From assembly GCF_031769215.1 (NCBI RefSeq), contig NW_026782588.1, positions 372,001 to 436,000 on the forward strand: DNA of 64,000 nucleotides, in the 5' to 3' direction. Positions within the stretch are counted from its first letter, which is position 1. The number at the start of each line of letters is the position of its first letter. Origin of the DNA: Ylistrum balloti (lineage: Eukaryota). The notes beneath the pieces are model-generated. The model did not search any database. It saw only the letters and a list, made by a program, of their open reading frames with translations, and had not been told where the DNA came from. A program made the position numbers and the translations under genes. This document shows, piece by piece, positions 36,961 to 51,600 of the stretch.

Positions 36961-37837
36961 TATACACTGTACGTAAATAGCTTAAAACTGTATAAAATTA
37001 GATACAAAACTACTGTGCAATGCACGGGTGCACTGGCCTTAAGCGTGAGTTCAGTGAAGAAGTCAGGTTAGATGACAGCACCCTGAGGCAGTCGACGCTA
37101 AACAGAAAGTTACTTCCTTGTGGTAGGGTGGAAACGCCAGGTATATTGAGTGGTGAGCATTACCACTCTATATCTACCCTCGAGTTAAGAATTTATAAAT
37201 TGGACTTAACGCAAGTGAACTTTTTTTTTTTAAGGTGAGTAAATACCTTAATTTTCACGATACCTCCCGCCATCTGCGGTTCATGTATGGTATGTTTACA
37301 CTATAGAGACAAGTGTTGTAACTGCCGAGAAAGGAAAATGAGCATGTTTTAAAACTTAATTTATTTATTTATCTATTTTTATTTTAAGGGCCATAGATCT
37401 TAGTCACATATACATTATCTTTAAGAGAAATATCACATTTTTCCAATGAGTGTTAATGAAGGAAATTAGCCAAGTGTTGACCAAGTTATGACCTGAACAA
37501 TTTGGAAATACAGGTAGAAATTGCTACGTAGACATGTCCCTGTCCGGTTGAAACACGTTCTCGTATCGAATGGGTACCTCTTTAAGGCTACGCCGAGATA
37601 AAAAAAATCTATGCGTGGAAGTATACAGTATCCATGACCTTGTGCACACAGAATGTCCTTTAATTTTGGAGCAATTCCATCTTAACATCACGATGCTCTC
37701 TTTCTTCAACAACAACAGTCTTATGTTCTTTTGTGTCGCCGATTATTGATGTCCGCCGTACCCAGTTTCGACTCCGAAACCCAAGCCAGGATAACTGTAA
37801 GTAATTTAAATTTCAAATTTCGATAGAAAATAGAAAA

Positions 37838-38445
37838 TTGAACTTGATCAGAATGATTAAATCAGTATATCGCGTTGAACTTGATCACAATGATTAAATC
37901 GGTATATCGCGTTGAACTTGATCACAATGATTAAATCAGTATATCGCGTTGAACTTGATCAGAATGATTAAATCAGTATATCGCGTTGAACTTGATCAGA
38001 ATGATTAAATCAGTATATCGCGTTGAACTTGGTCATAATGGTTAAATCAGTATATCGCGTTGAACTTGATCACAATGGTTAAATCAGTATATCGCGTTGG
38101 ACTTGATCACAATGATTAAATCATTATATCGCGTTGAACTTGATCACAATGATTAAATCAGTATATCGCTTTGAACTTGATCACAATGATTAAATCAGTA
38201 TATCGCGTTGGACTTGATCACAATGATTAAATCATTATATCGCGTTGAACTTGATCACAATGATTAAATCAGTATATCGCTTTGAACTTGATCACAATGA
38301 TTAAATCAGTATATCGCGTTGGACTTGATCAGAATGATTAAATCATTATATCGCGTTGAACTTGATCACAATGATTAAATCAGTATATCGCGTTGAACTT
38401 GATCAGAATGATTAAATCAGTATATCGCGTTGAACTTGATCAGAT
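37838..38445. repeat. 37-bp minisatellite (GTTGAACTTGATCACAATGATTAAATCAGTATATCGC), ~16 copies
   Basis: Direct periodicity. Confidence 0.95.
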
Positions 38446-40639
38446 GAACCAGTCAGATGGTTTTGGAAATCAGTTTTACACGCGTGAAGATTTGTTTTTA
38501 TGTTATGACTGTAACTCATCAATCCTCTGATCAATCTTATTGACAACTGGTAAAGTGATGTAGCTTACGCTGTATCAATGGCTGTAATTGGACACAGAAC
38601 CGTTACTATGGAAACATGATTGGTCGAAATTGAGATGGAGCTGATAATTAATAGATACAGGTTTTAAGGGAAGGCATTTACAATGGCACCATTTTTTAAA
38701 AAATGATGTCATTTGGTTGCTATGGTAACCACATCAGACCTATGATTAGACAGACCTTTTCCAAACTTATCCTCCTTAAGGTTTTGGTCCAATTTCAACG
38801 AAACTACACCGGGATGTTAGGGACTATATGTAGATATGCAAACGAGCATACGTTTTTTTCGGAGAATTTGGATATCCATAATAAGCAAGCCCCTATACAA
38901 ATATTTTCACACAAATTTCCGTAACACTTTGCCCTTTCAGTGATTCTTATTAAACTTGATCAAATTCTATAGCTAATTACATCCTATAAATTGACTTATT
39001 AGGTGTTCCATACCCGTTACCATGGAAAGTCCTATTAGACTTCTGGTTGGTCGAGATAAAGATATTATCTGATTAAGTCAAAAGTTGATATCAAACGGTT
39101 TAGAAGATGACAAAGACAATGGTACCATTTTCAAAAAGAAAAGAAAATGAAAAGAAAAGAAAGCGGTTGCCACTTGGTTGCTGTTGGCCTGTGGGAAGCA
39201 TTTTTTTCAAGACAACCTTAAACTATTGTTGATTATTGAGCGTGTATAATTCAGCCATCCTGGCGACATTCCTTATTCATTCTGTTGTTTTTGTTTGTGA
39301 AATGTCCGCAGAAAATACTTGTTTTTGTTCTAGTCACTTTTGAATTATCAGGCTTAGACAACTGTAGTGAAGCATTGAGTTGCAGTCAGAGTAAAAGATG
39401 TTATTACAGTGGAGACTCGAGTACTTGATTGGCGGCTAACTGTAGGAAACTCTTTGGTAGATCACGATGCCGTAATGATTAGGGGGACATCGGAGCTTCC
39501 AAGAATGGGGTCTGCTGTATTCCGCAGCATGATCAGTCGTAATGGGCTACTAAGCTAGAATCAGGGGATTTCTACGATTAGATGTCTCCTTTCGAAGAGA
39601 CCACAATAGATGTTCTGCCCCATTGAAACACTTGGGATATAATTCTTTATTTATCTTTCCGGTCTGCTGTTTCTTTGTGTGTTTTATTTTCCATTTTGGT
39701 TTTCCCGGTTCTCAGCGACACCTGTCCTTACATGGCCCTAGTTGTTGAGAGGACATTAAACCTTTTGAGTAAAGTATTGAGTAAAATGTTGCTGCAGTCG
39801 GTTGGAGAGTATTTTTTTTCAATATCTGGCTATTATCAGTGTAATAAACCCATCAACCAACTCGTTGATTTTACAGAAAGAATTCTCTGTTCCGTGACTG
39901 TACTGTATAGACACACTGTAACGAAGCGTATACACATGTTGCAAGGAAGGGAGATAAATCGTATTACTTATCACATGGAAAAAAATAAACTTTGCAATAA
40001 TCATTTTACTATATAGTTTCTTAGCCCATTTCGTCTGTAGTAGTTTCATTCATGCACGTTAATCTATGGCGTCCCCGGATGGGCCAATGTAGTGCTGATA
40101 GGGACTGGCCCAACCGCATAATTATATAGGTTATCATTAACATGAGCCGATACCTGTGAAGGTGCAGAAACTGGTTCTCTGACTTGCCGTAGTGTCTGGA
40201 AAATGTAAGGAGTGTTGTGATTGGCTGAAAGAGTGAGCGGATGAGGGTGTGAGCATGCAAGTCACCTGTTAATACCCTGCACACCTATTTCCCTGGATCA
40301 TTTCTATTTACGACACTCGGTAGGGAGGGTTCATCCCTCATAGCCACATCCCTGGTAAGTGACTTTTATTCTTTTTTTAAGTTTTGATTTATAACCGTTT
40401 CTTACAATTGTACATTTATTCGATTTTGCTGAATATATTTTGTTCATTATGAAGTTCATGTCCTAATAATTGTACATTGTAGGTCTTAATAAATATTATA
40501 ACCAACCCAGCACATGAATTGAGGTTATTTGTTCAACCCAATGCTACACTTAGTTAATGCTCACATAATATATAGTTATATGTAAATTATTCATGATGGA
40601 TCTGCTATTAAACAATACAGTCTGAAGCATATCTTTTCG

Positions 40640-41680
40640 CAGATGACACTAAATTGTTCAGAAGCATAACAGAAAATACCGATGTGAATATGCTTCAAGA
40701 TGATCTGGATCGCCTTTCAGCTTGGAGTGAAAAATGATAATTGAAATTTCAACCTCAAAAATGTATTTTTTGCGCATTGGCAGGCAAAGTGGAGACAGAA
40801 AATATTATTTAAACAACGAAGAATTACAGGAAGTCTACCAAGAAAAAGATATAGGGGTAACTATAGACAATTCTTTATCATTCGATGAACACATAAGTAC
40901 ACAGGTCAAAAAAAGCAAACTCTATGTTTGCACTCATAAGGAGAACGTTTCAATTTCTCAATGAACACAACTTCCCATTATTGTACAAAATAATAGTTAG
41001 GGTTCATCTGGAACATTCTATTACTGTATGGCATCCATATAAAGTCAAACATATAGATAAGATCGAGGCAGTGAAACGGAGAGCAACAAAACAATTATCA
41101 GGATTTAAGGAACTGACTTATTCGGAAAGACTGAAACGTCTAAAATTACTAACATTGGCTTTCAGGAGGATTCGTGGGGATATGAATGAAGTCTTCAAAA
41201 TTACGAACTATTTTTGTGATAGTAACGCTGCTGGTTTCCTTAAATTTTGGATCAACAATGTTAAAATTCAGAGGACAAGGGGTCACTCCAAAAAACTTTA
41301 CATGCAGCACTGTAAACTTGACATCAGGAAACATTATTTTGTGTTGTGTGTGGTCAAAATATGGAATAATCTCCGGAGTATATTGTATCGCCACCAACAG
41401 TTAACTCTTTCAAAAATAGATTAAATGAACACTGGGCAAATCAAGAACTGGTATATAATTATGAATCAGAAATTCTGTAGTTCCTGGATCTGACGTCTCA
41501 AATGACAATAATTATAAACATTATCATTGTATCACTGAGACCCGTATAGAGGATCGTAACGATCCTGCACTGGTAATAAACTAAACTAAACTAAATTAAA
41601 TTAAACTGAACTAAACTATTAACTAACTAACTTACTAACTAACTTACTAACTAACTTACTAACTTACTTACTTACTACTA
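40640..41680 (+). mobile_element. 5'-truncated CR1 LINE: RT C-terminus, 3' UTR and (TAAAC/TAAC)n microsatellite tail
   Basis: LQDDLDRLSAWS, EKDIGVTIDNSLSFDEHI, VRVHLEHSITVWHPY, IEAVKRRATK, YSERLKRLKLLTL..RRIRGDM, RTRGHSKKL and VVKIWNNL. Tail repeats at ~41576-41680. Confidence 0.9.
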
Positions 41681-43856
41681 TTCTCCAAAGGATATGAAAA
41701 TTTCTACAATATCACAAATGTAGATACTCTGGGTCCTCACATTGATGAAAACTGTTATAAGCATACGATAGCAAAGAGACGTAGAAATGGTTCCCGCGCA
41801 CCGGTAGTCCATCTTAAATAGCAACTGTTAAAAAATGATTAAAAAAAATCAAACTTCTATTATCAAAAATATAGGTAATATAAATAACGGAATAATTCAA
41901 CCATTGCACATTTATATTGTACCAAAAACCGAAAAAAAATACTTCTATTTATACTATCCAAAGTTATAACTTACAATGGGAGAGTGATTTAATTCAGTGC
42001 TGAACTATTAAAGCGGAATTTCACACTCTCAATAGTGATATGAACAAATGATAATTACTGACACATTTGCATATCTTTTAGTTCATTTTTGTATGTCTGG
42101 TTTGTGGTTATTTTTATCTATTGAAAAATCATGCATTTTATAAAGTTGTTTAATCTAGTATTTCTTTTTTATTTTCACGGGTTTTTAGATTAATTTTCCG
42201 GAATACTCCACATCCAAATCTAAATTTAGTATTTACATCAAGCGCACCAGACGCTTTGATCAACGTCAGGAGGAAGTATTCTGACAAAAAGAACGTAATG
42301 TTTTTTTCGTCTGAAAATGTGTAGTAAGAATTTCAAAGGTATGTAGTTCTGTTTTGATTACATGTTAGATGATCAATTAAGCTCTTATTGTTTGCACAAG
42401 TATTTACAAGTCGAATAAATAACAGCTAGAAAGATGACAGCTTATAAAAGGAATAAGCACAGTTACACTTGAGTGAACTGCAGCCATGTCAACAAGTCCA
42501 ATCAATGGTGCCGGCGACCCAAAACAACAGAACAAAATGTCTAAATTATATGAAGTGGAACGTAGTTTAATTGAAAACAACCGATGTTTTCAAAGTGGAG
42601 AGGCCTTATATTACAGTGTATAGAGGATTAATGAATCATCATACAACTGCAAAAATATAATTCATTTGCGTGTAGGAAACTACTGGAAATAGGTCCAGTG
42701 CTTCTGGCCTATAGAGCCTACATGTGTACATAAATCATGTTACGATAGTACAGTTACTATGGTGGCAACCGTTACATCAAGTTTCTCAGTAGCCAGAACT
42801 TAATGCGACTTTTAATAGTATATTGCAAAAGTTAATGTTGAAAATCGCATCCCTGCAAAAACATTAATTTTAAAATTAATCTAATTGTTATATTAAACAC
42901 CAAATCATTAACCATTAATACAAAGGAACCTTGACACTTTTTAGACAAGTATTTCAAATTCAGTTGAATCAAGCACATTTTAAAATTAAAGTATTTAATA
43001 CTGATGACAGAATAATAGAATACAATGCTTTCATCAATAACTTTGTTCAGAAGTTATTGAAAATCTATAAAAATCCTCTAATTTGACATGTTTGCAGTAT
43101 TGTATCTTTTCAGAAATCTTGAAATTTAAATTTTTTGTTTTGAAATTGAAATTTAGAACAATTTCCACAAAAGAAATGCTTTTGAATAACTTGTCTAATT
43201 GTTTATGTAAATTGAAAATAACATATTTAAGCATTATATAAAATTGGGCCCTCCCTTGACCCTCTCTTATTTTGAGGATTCAAAGCCTTTTTTCAATTCT
43301 GATTCACAAATTAATTACATTATGATTTTCAAGAAATTGCAATAGTTTTAATCTTCTTTAGTTTGCTATACAAACTAGTTGAGTAATTTATCATTTTTGT
43401 TTTAATGGCAGTATAAATAAGATATTTCTACCGTAGAGTCAATAAAAGTTATTAATGGTGGGCACGATGGACCCCCATGGATCCTCTTTCTTCTTTGTCT
43501 TCTGAGCAACTATACTTTGATATATGTATGTCTAGATAAATGTTTATATTGTATTGACGTTAGTGATAATATTGGATGATGCATGTGGACTCATACAAAA
43601 TAATGACAGTTTGTTTAATTACATTGAAGATGGCTTAATATAAGATTTATAATCTTGTTGCCAGATCCATTTTCAATTTTATAATTTGTGTATGTGTATG
43701 TTGTTTAATGAAAATATGAAAATAAAATATTGTTTAAACCAATTACAATGAAATGTTGACAAGAGATCTAAAGATTTCTGTTTTGTTTACTTTTTAATTT
43801 CATTTGGCTTCTGATTTTCTTCTTCACAGTAAGAATAGCATCTTAACAAAGCAAGG

Positions 43857-43866
43857 ATGAGACGAG
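43857..43866 (+). CDS. Predicted first coding segment (ATG AGA CGA G) of the alpha-1,2-fucosyltransferase, within a 37-nt exon at 43830-43866
   Basis: Acceptor TTCTTCTTCACAG at 43817-43829 and donor G|GTAATC at 43867. The phase-1 junction joins exactly to the phase required at the 46166 acceptor, giving MRRG-LLTSTKCWILGLLAVV. Confidence 0.72.
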
Positions 43867-46165
43867 GTAATCATAAATGCTGTATTGGAAATGTGTGTAG
43901 TTGGCAGACTTTCTCTGCATATGGTATATCATACTGTTACTGTTGATTTTTGGGACTCAAATATTGAAGTCCGGGCTTCTTGCTTTTTCTGTGAGACTTG
44001 AATCAGATTTTGAGAACCACTTTATCTCTTTGTATCTGAACTCATCAAAATTTTTAAAGTTGTGCTTTGGACCCACCAGAAAATATTGTATAATAATTAC
44101 TGATTTACTAACTAGTATCATATATCTTTTGAGCTTGCCCATTGATATATCCATCTTACAGTTGCTAGCACTACACACATTTATTGGGTGTTGGAGAAAA
44201 TTCAGTTTCTTACACATAGCTTTTTGAATTTAATCACCTCTAATGATGATGCCAATTTCTGAAGCTGAAAGATTTATTTGTATGTAAATTTTTTCACTGG
44301 AATAGCCCTTATGTGTGAAAATTTAATTTGCATGATTTTTAACTACAATGTTTATCAAACAATATCCCCAGACATGTGTATCTACATTGAGACTAAATTT
44401 CATATTTATTTAATCCTGTCAACAGTGAAATTAAAAGATTGAGTCCTGATGAAATTTAGATAAAAGTCTGCTGTCATAGAAAATTACAAACAAATCTTAC
44501 TTCATTGACCTTTTCACTTCTTGTGATGAGCACCACTGATTTTTTGGTGTAGGTACAGTTAATGTGTTGGTGCCAGAACTTATAACAGGATACATGTTTA
44601 GTAAATTTACATCTATCGGTATGATCATTATGCACACAGTGTCAACATAAAACTTCTGACACAAAGTCAGGGATAAATTTATTTAAGAACAAATGATTTA
44701 ACATCCGTAAGTAATTCTATGGCACATCAGTAGATATATATCATTAGATGGGCTTATTACTAGACATGGGCTTATTGTTGGATATTATTTATATATTATA
44801 TTATTTAGTATTCAGTGTTTATACTTTGTATTAGATTATAAGTGATAATAGTTCATAAAATATTTTGTTCTTGAACTTGAAAATGCTGATTTGGAGAATC
44901 TAAATTGTACAAGATTTCACTGTTACTTAAGGTAAATCCAGGTGTAACATGTGTTCTGCTTTAGATGCTTTACATTATGGAGGATGACCAATACTTCAAA
45001 GTTACCTAGTTGTATAGACTTTTAAAGCCATACAATTCAAGCCTTCAATATGATCAAAAGTCTAGATATGTGGCAGGTGTTGCTCATGTCTATATATCTC
45101 ATACAAAGGAATCTTTATCAAGTATCCTATAGAGACTTTTAAAATCATATTGAAGACTTGAATTATATTACTTTAAAGTCTATATAAAGAGATTATACTG
45201 AAGTATCAGTCCGTAGACAGCTTGATTACGAGTGTGAGTGTATTGTGTGTAATTTTTAACTTGGAAATATGGTGAAATGTCCCTGGTATTTCAGCTTTGT
45301 ATCATGTAGAGTTTCATCAAAGAGTTGGACCAGAATGTCTGAGTTTTATTGATCATTGTATTAATTCAGTTTTATTTGAATGCTAATAATTTTCACTAAC
45401 TCTTTACACTCATGAATTTATGAAAAAGTTCGGTAATTTATAAATCTTTTCAACAGCTCATGAAATTTGATTGATTACAGGAAAGACAACAATTTCTTGG
45501 TGTGGTTTGATTTCTTGTGGAATTAATTTTATTTTTACTTTCTGTTGTATTTAGATACATGTTAATATATATGTATATATAATACATTCATACTTTACAT
45601 ATTTGCAACAACATTTGCATGCATTTTAGTAACGTATTGAATCATTGTTTTAATAGCATGTGTATTTATTTTATCTCACAAAGTTGCATGTTTGTAGTGG
45701 CAGTGTATTATATACATATATCAGCCATATTTGATGTGATACAAGTACTGCAGTGATTATGATGAAGCATTCCATGACCTGCTTTCAAGGTCACACTGGT
45801 CAAATAAGTTAAAACCCTTAAAGGACTTCTTCTCAATAATCAAAAGGCCAAGGCTGCTGATATTGGGTCTATAGCATGATGGAATGAAGGGCTACCAACT
45901 TTATTAAAATGATTGCATTTGACCTTGACTTACTTCCCAAGGTCACATGATTTTACTATTTTCAACAAGCAGTATGTCCAGAGTAATCACATTTGTGTAA
46001 TGCATGTATAAAGGATATATTTTCAAGTTTGCAGAAAATGTCTTTATGAACAAACCAATGTCTTTTATGTAAGATGTAGTGTAGTTGACCGATTTATTTC
46101 AGGCCTATTTGGCCTCTATTTATGCTAAATACAAAATAAATCTTTATGAATTTGTATCATTACAG

Positions 46166-47346
46166 GACTTTTAACCAGCACAAAGTGCTGGATTCTTGGG
46201 CTCCTGGCAGTAGTCACTGTCATCATCATTCACCTGTCAAACATCGGCAGCAAAACTGACCACAGTAGTGGAATATCTGTCATCGACACCTATGGCTCCA
46301 CACATGGTATCATGTCAAAGTTCTTCTCTGGTGAAAGAAATTTTGAGAAGAAAAGCAGTCATGACATACCCCCTCTCAAAAGGGGTGAAATGGAATCCAA
46401 ATTAACGAATACCTATACACGCAAAGAAAATGTGTTGATTGAAGAACAGCTCATGCCTAAAGTTAGTCAGAATATAACCAAAAAGGTTGGTTTTACTTTA
46501 GAAACAAAACGTGCCCCACCAAAACATTATATTACCATTCATTTCAAAGGAAGACTGGGAAATCTGCTTTTCCAGTATGCATCCTTATTCGGAATAGCTA
46601 ATAAAAACAACCTGATCCCAGTGATTTCTGAAAATAGTGAGTTGCGGAGAATTTTCAAAATAACATCCCTGTCCACAGAGAGTAACAATGTGAGATATGG
46701 CCGAGTTTTCAAAGAGAAAATTGGATGTGCATTTGAACCAGAAGCAATGAAACTCGGATCAGAAACAAATACAAAGCTGGATGGTTACTTTCAAAGTTTC
46801 AAGTACTTTCAAGAGCATGATGCACTACTGCGTCAACAATTCCAATTTAAAGATGACATACAAAAAAGAGCAGCTTCTGTATTTTCTGAACTTGTTGACC
46901 AAAAATCTAAAAACAAAAATGGTCCTGTGACATATATTGCAGTCCATGTGCGCAGGGGTGATTTTATTCATAATAAAGGTTTTAGTAGGTATGGTTATGT
47001 GTCCCCAGGCCCCGAATATCTAGAAAAAGGATTGAACTTGTTTAGAGCTAATTTCACTAACTGCATATTTGTGATTGCCTCAGATGACTTAAACTGGTGT
47101 AAAGAAAACATGCACGGAAATGATTTGGTTTTCATGAACCCTGGTAACACCCGTGAACTTGACTTCGCAGTGATGACACAATGTAGTCATATGCTTATGA
47201 CTGTCGGCAGCTTTGGCTGGTGGACAGCATGGCTGATCAACGGCAAAACTGTTTACTACACAGGCTATCCCCGTCCTGGATCTGAGCTTGCAAAACAGAT
47301 TGTATTAGAGGACTATAGACCTCCTCATTGGATTGGTCTGTCGTAA
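46166..47346 (+). CDS. FUT1/2-like: Galactoside alpha-1,2-fucosyltransferase (GT11), main coding exon; predicted full protein ~396 aa
   Basis: GT11 motifs GRLGNLLFQYA, DGYFQSFKYF, AVHVRRGDF, ASDDLNWCKEN and GSFGWWTAWL. The frame is open upstream of the ORF-track ATG (46312) back to acceptor TACAG|46166 and encodes the type II TM CWILGLLAVVTVIIIHL. Confidence 0.92.
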
Positions 47347-47595
47347 TGTATTAATCACCAAACTTTCTCTACACCTAGTATCACAGGGGTCAGACACATT
47401 GGCCTGTAGAAATTAGACACTGAAGAGCAGTTGTGTCAATCAATATACCAGTTTCTAGTCCCTGTGTTTACAGAAATCCAGTGTTTTTTTATGTGACAAA
47501 GTATCGCCATTTCTAAATTAGAATGACTTTATTGATCAGTACAGAAATAACTTTAATATCATGACGGTATCAGCCTCCTGGGTTTACTGCAGATA

Positions 47596-47601
47596 AATAA
47601 A
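47596..47601 (+). promoter_or_regulatory. Candidate poly(A) signal of the FUT gene
   Basis: First AATAAA seen ~250 nt after the stop codon; usage unverified. Confidence 0.4.
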
Positions 47602-48506
47602 GAAGAGATGTGAGTTTTCAGTTATGCCTCAACTGAACTTTGTTAAATCTAGTCCTGGATTATTGTAGGACAAATATGGTAGTATGATTAACTGCATGAA
47701 ACAAGAACTGAACCAATTTTAATGAAATTTTGCAGAAACCTTTCCTGGCATGATATGAACCAAAGTAGTGAATTATACAGTCCCCACCCCACAGGGACCC
47801 GAGGAGTCTGAAGGGTGGGGACAAAAAGGGTCAAATTAACCCAAATTTCAAAAATCTTCTCAACTCCCAGATATTTTTTAAAAACTACTTGCCAAAATAT
47901 TGTATAAAATTATCTGTACATGCATGTTCATATAATGTATATTTTCTATTGCAGTATACATGTCAACATGTAATGATATATTTATGAATCAATGCTATCA
48001 ACATTTATATCTGCAAGTTTACACTGGGTTGAAAACTAAATTCTTCCACTAAAATTCCATTCCAGACTGCTGATAGACATTCCAGATTTTTAACTTTTTA
48101 AAAATATATTTATATTTCAATTTCATTTTTTTGTGAATATTTGCAATTTAAGGAGGTCTGAAAATTGAAGGGAAAAAAAGTGTTTGGTGTGTCACAGATA
48201 GGAGATAAAGAACACATATTTTAATATATTAATCAGTATTTAAAATTGTATGGGTATACCATAAAGTAGAACTGTTGTCCATGATGTAAGTTTACAATAA
48301 TTTTGAAATATTCCAAACTATATTTATTAGTTTGTATACAGGTTACAGTCAGAATTAAGATTGAAGAAATTTCTAGAGCAGCAACTACCAATATTTGCTA
48401 TTTTGAAATTTTATTTTGCGTAAGATTTTTTTCTTTAAAATATTTGTTACATATTACATTAATTTCGTATTGTAAAAATTAGTGTTAAGTTAATGATCAA
48501 AGGAAA

Positions 48507-48652
48507 TTCTTATAATTGAAATGTAAGGCTTGCTTTGTAGGAGATATTTTTGATAGAAAAATATAATTGAAATGTAAGGCTTGCTTTGTAGGAGATATTT
48601 TTGATAGAAAAATATAATTGAAATGTAAGGCTTGCTTTGTGGGAGATATTTT
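48507..48652. repeat. 51-bp tandem repeat, ~3 copies
   Basis: TATAATTGAAATGTAAGGCTTGCTTTGTAGGAGATATTTTT repeated; 17-aa period in ORF 48490..48711. Confidence 0.9.
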
Positions 48653-51600
48653 ATATAGTGATGGTGACTGCAGAAATTACAAGTGGGGAAATTGGCTGAA
48701 GGGAATCTCATGTTACTATGTATTGAATTGTATTTCTACAAGTTTACAGTGAGGATAATTATGTCTGTTTTTTTATACCTGATATGTAGTATAGTTTCTA
48801 AGATATTCATAAGCATTCTTTGTCTAATTATCTTTCCCTTTTATCCATGTTTAAGATGGAGACTGAAAGATGGGTTCATATATATTTTCAAATCATCCAA
48901 CGTGACGGCTTGAAACTTGATGTTTGATCAATACATTCCAACATTTAACTTATAGAAGCCTATTTTTTCTGCAGTTTGGTTGTATCATCAGTCAAAACAC
49001 TATTCCTCTTGCTCTGGTTGTGATGTGATGGGCCTCCCTTATTTTGTTCTGTGAAGTTGCCACCAGATTATTTAATTTATGTAAACCCTGCCTCAGAATG
49101 ACTTTGGCAGTTCATGTGATGATCATAACCCCAGCAAAATTATTTCTATAACATTGTTTTTAAAAGATTGTCTGATCCCCACCTCTACTCCCTAAATATA
49201 CTGAACTAAAAACCTTGAGTTAAATTTGACATGTTTACACAGACAATCATTCATTATGTGATTTAAGTCAACTTTGACGCTGAGTTATTAATATTATTAT
49301 TATTATTACATTCTTAACAGGCCGTCATCCATAAAAAGTAAAAGGCCATCAACTGGTGAAAGACACAGCGATCTTTCAAACATCAAACAAAATTTAAAGG
49401 TAAAAGACAAAGGTTAAAAATCTCACATAGTTATATCTTACAAAAAATCAAGATGATAAATTATACCCTATAATACAGACCAATATCTTTCAGATAACCT
49501 AGAATTTTATAAATCTGAACAGTTTCATAAAGGGTCTTTAGACTTATAACATTATGATAAAAAAATTCTGGAGTAGACAGAAGGTCAATGTTGTCAAATA
49601 GAAGATATATAACAGTGAATGGCTTATCACATTTTATACACCTTTTTTCACTCTAGTGACCATTTCTAGACTAACTCCTGGGAGATTAAAAACTTGCAAC
49701 AGTCCCAACAAAGTTAAGTTCCTAGATCCTTTGACATGAAGGAAAAAGTCTACTATTTTTGTTTTGTTTGTGTGTTTTTTGTTTGTTTTTATTTTCTTTT
49801 GAAAATTTTCAGAATTGAAATTTTAAATGCCAATAATAGTTTATGTACATGTGTGGATATGAGTGAGGTTGAAATGATCTCTTTTTTTTCTTGTTATTTT
49901 GTACAAGGGTAAGACTAAAAAGTAATTGTTCACTTTGTTCACATCTGATTTTACCTGGTAATATTCATATTTTAAATGCCTTGTTGTTTTTGTTTACAAT
50001 ATTATCATGTGTTCCAATTCTGTTTGCTGCAAATTAATGAAGAAAGATTTACAAAAGGTATATGATTACAAATCACAATTTGAAAGTATTTTGTCATACA
50101 TCATTATTACATTGTCAAACATCATTAATACATTGTCATACATCATTAAAACATGGTATTAATATCATCAGTTGTGAAAGCATATAAAAAGGTTCAGTAT
50201 TAAAATTAAATATCATTTTTATAATACTTCATGACCATGTACCTGGTACATGACAAATAGATACATATTCCAGAATTCTTTTCTTTTATTGTGTTAGTTC
50301 ATATCGTACAGAAAAGGATTTCCTTGGTATCTGATTAAATTGTGATGATTTTATTATGAACAGTATAAAATTCCTGCTCGGAAAAGTCTTGATAAAAGTT
50401 TGATTCATTCAGTACAACATAGAATTAGAAATATGTAAAAAAAAAAGTATGTTTTCAGGGAAAATTCAAAGAAATCCATTACTTATTAAGTTCAGAAATC
50501 ATTTACATGAAAAGTGTTCGTTTGTTTTCGTGGAGTGGTTTTTGTTTGATGGAAAATTGTTTTTATACACAGTTGCCCAGTGAATTTTGATGAACGTATG
50601 GCAGACTGCTGATTAAATGTCTGTTTGCCTTGGTGATGTGATATATATAAAATGGAATGGTCTTCTTGTGATATTCTACTTATACTGTAAAAAGACAATG
50701 ACTGAAATCTTTTTTTTTTCTAAAAAGATACACTTTTACAATTTGCTCAAAAGTTACATTGCAGAGCCACATTTTCTTAATGTGTTTTGGGGGAAAAAAA
50801 AGATTTATAAGAGATAGAATTTTTTAAAATTTGAAAATCAGTAAATATTTTATGCCTGGTAATGTCATACATTCTATTGTATTATTATAATGAAAAGAAT
50901 AAACAGACATCTCGAAAGTATATTATATTATATATGACAAGTATATAATTGTTTTAGCCTGGTTTAGACAAGTGTACAATATACTCCTCCATTTATATAT
51001 AAAGTCTGCTTATCTATCTTACATGCTTACAGGCGTTCAATTAAATCCACTGTGCTGTATGTATAACAGTATTTTGTTGTTTTTTTGGGTTCTCTTCGTA
51101 TTCCTTTTGATCAGGAAAGTATTTTTCATTAATAATTGCATTATCATTTCGATGTAATGAATTATGTATGGCAATCATTTTGTATTCAATGCATCTTTTA
51201 CTGTAAGAGTTATCGCCCTTTTATCACTACGCCGCTTAACTCAGCTGATCAACGTTTGCATTCAATGCATTAATTCGATGTATTTTTCAATGGTATGGAA
51301 TAAAGTTTGATAATTTATTCTCAAGAGGGTTTTGTGTATTTAGTTTAAGATATTCTGGTTTATAAAATGCAGGAATTTCAGAGATTTATTATTAGTTTGA
51401 TGTCAAGAGTTTTAATAAAACAAGAACATCAGAAAGGTGTCAAGGGCTTGATAACACAAGAACATCAGTAAGATGTCAAGAGTTTTAATAAAACAAGAAA
51501 ATCGGTAAGATGTCCTGAAGCTTGAAGAGGAATAACTCCGTTGGTATTAATCACCATATTTCAATTCAGAATCCTATTTCTGGTTATTTTGGGGTGGATT

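Noticed and set aside
37120-37175. Possible tRNA or tRNA-derived SINE head on the minus strand (A-box-like TAGAGTGGTAA)
   Set aside because: No convincing B-box or cloverleaf could be built by eye.
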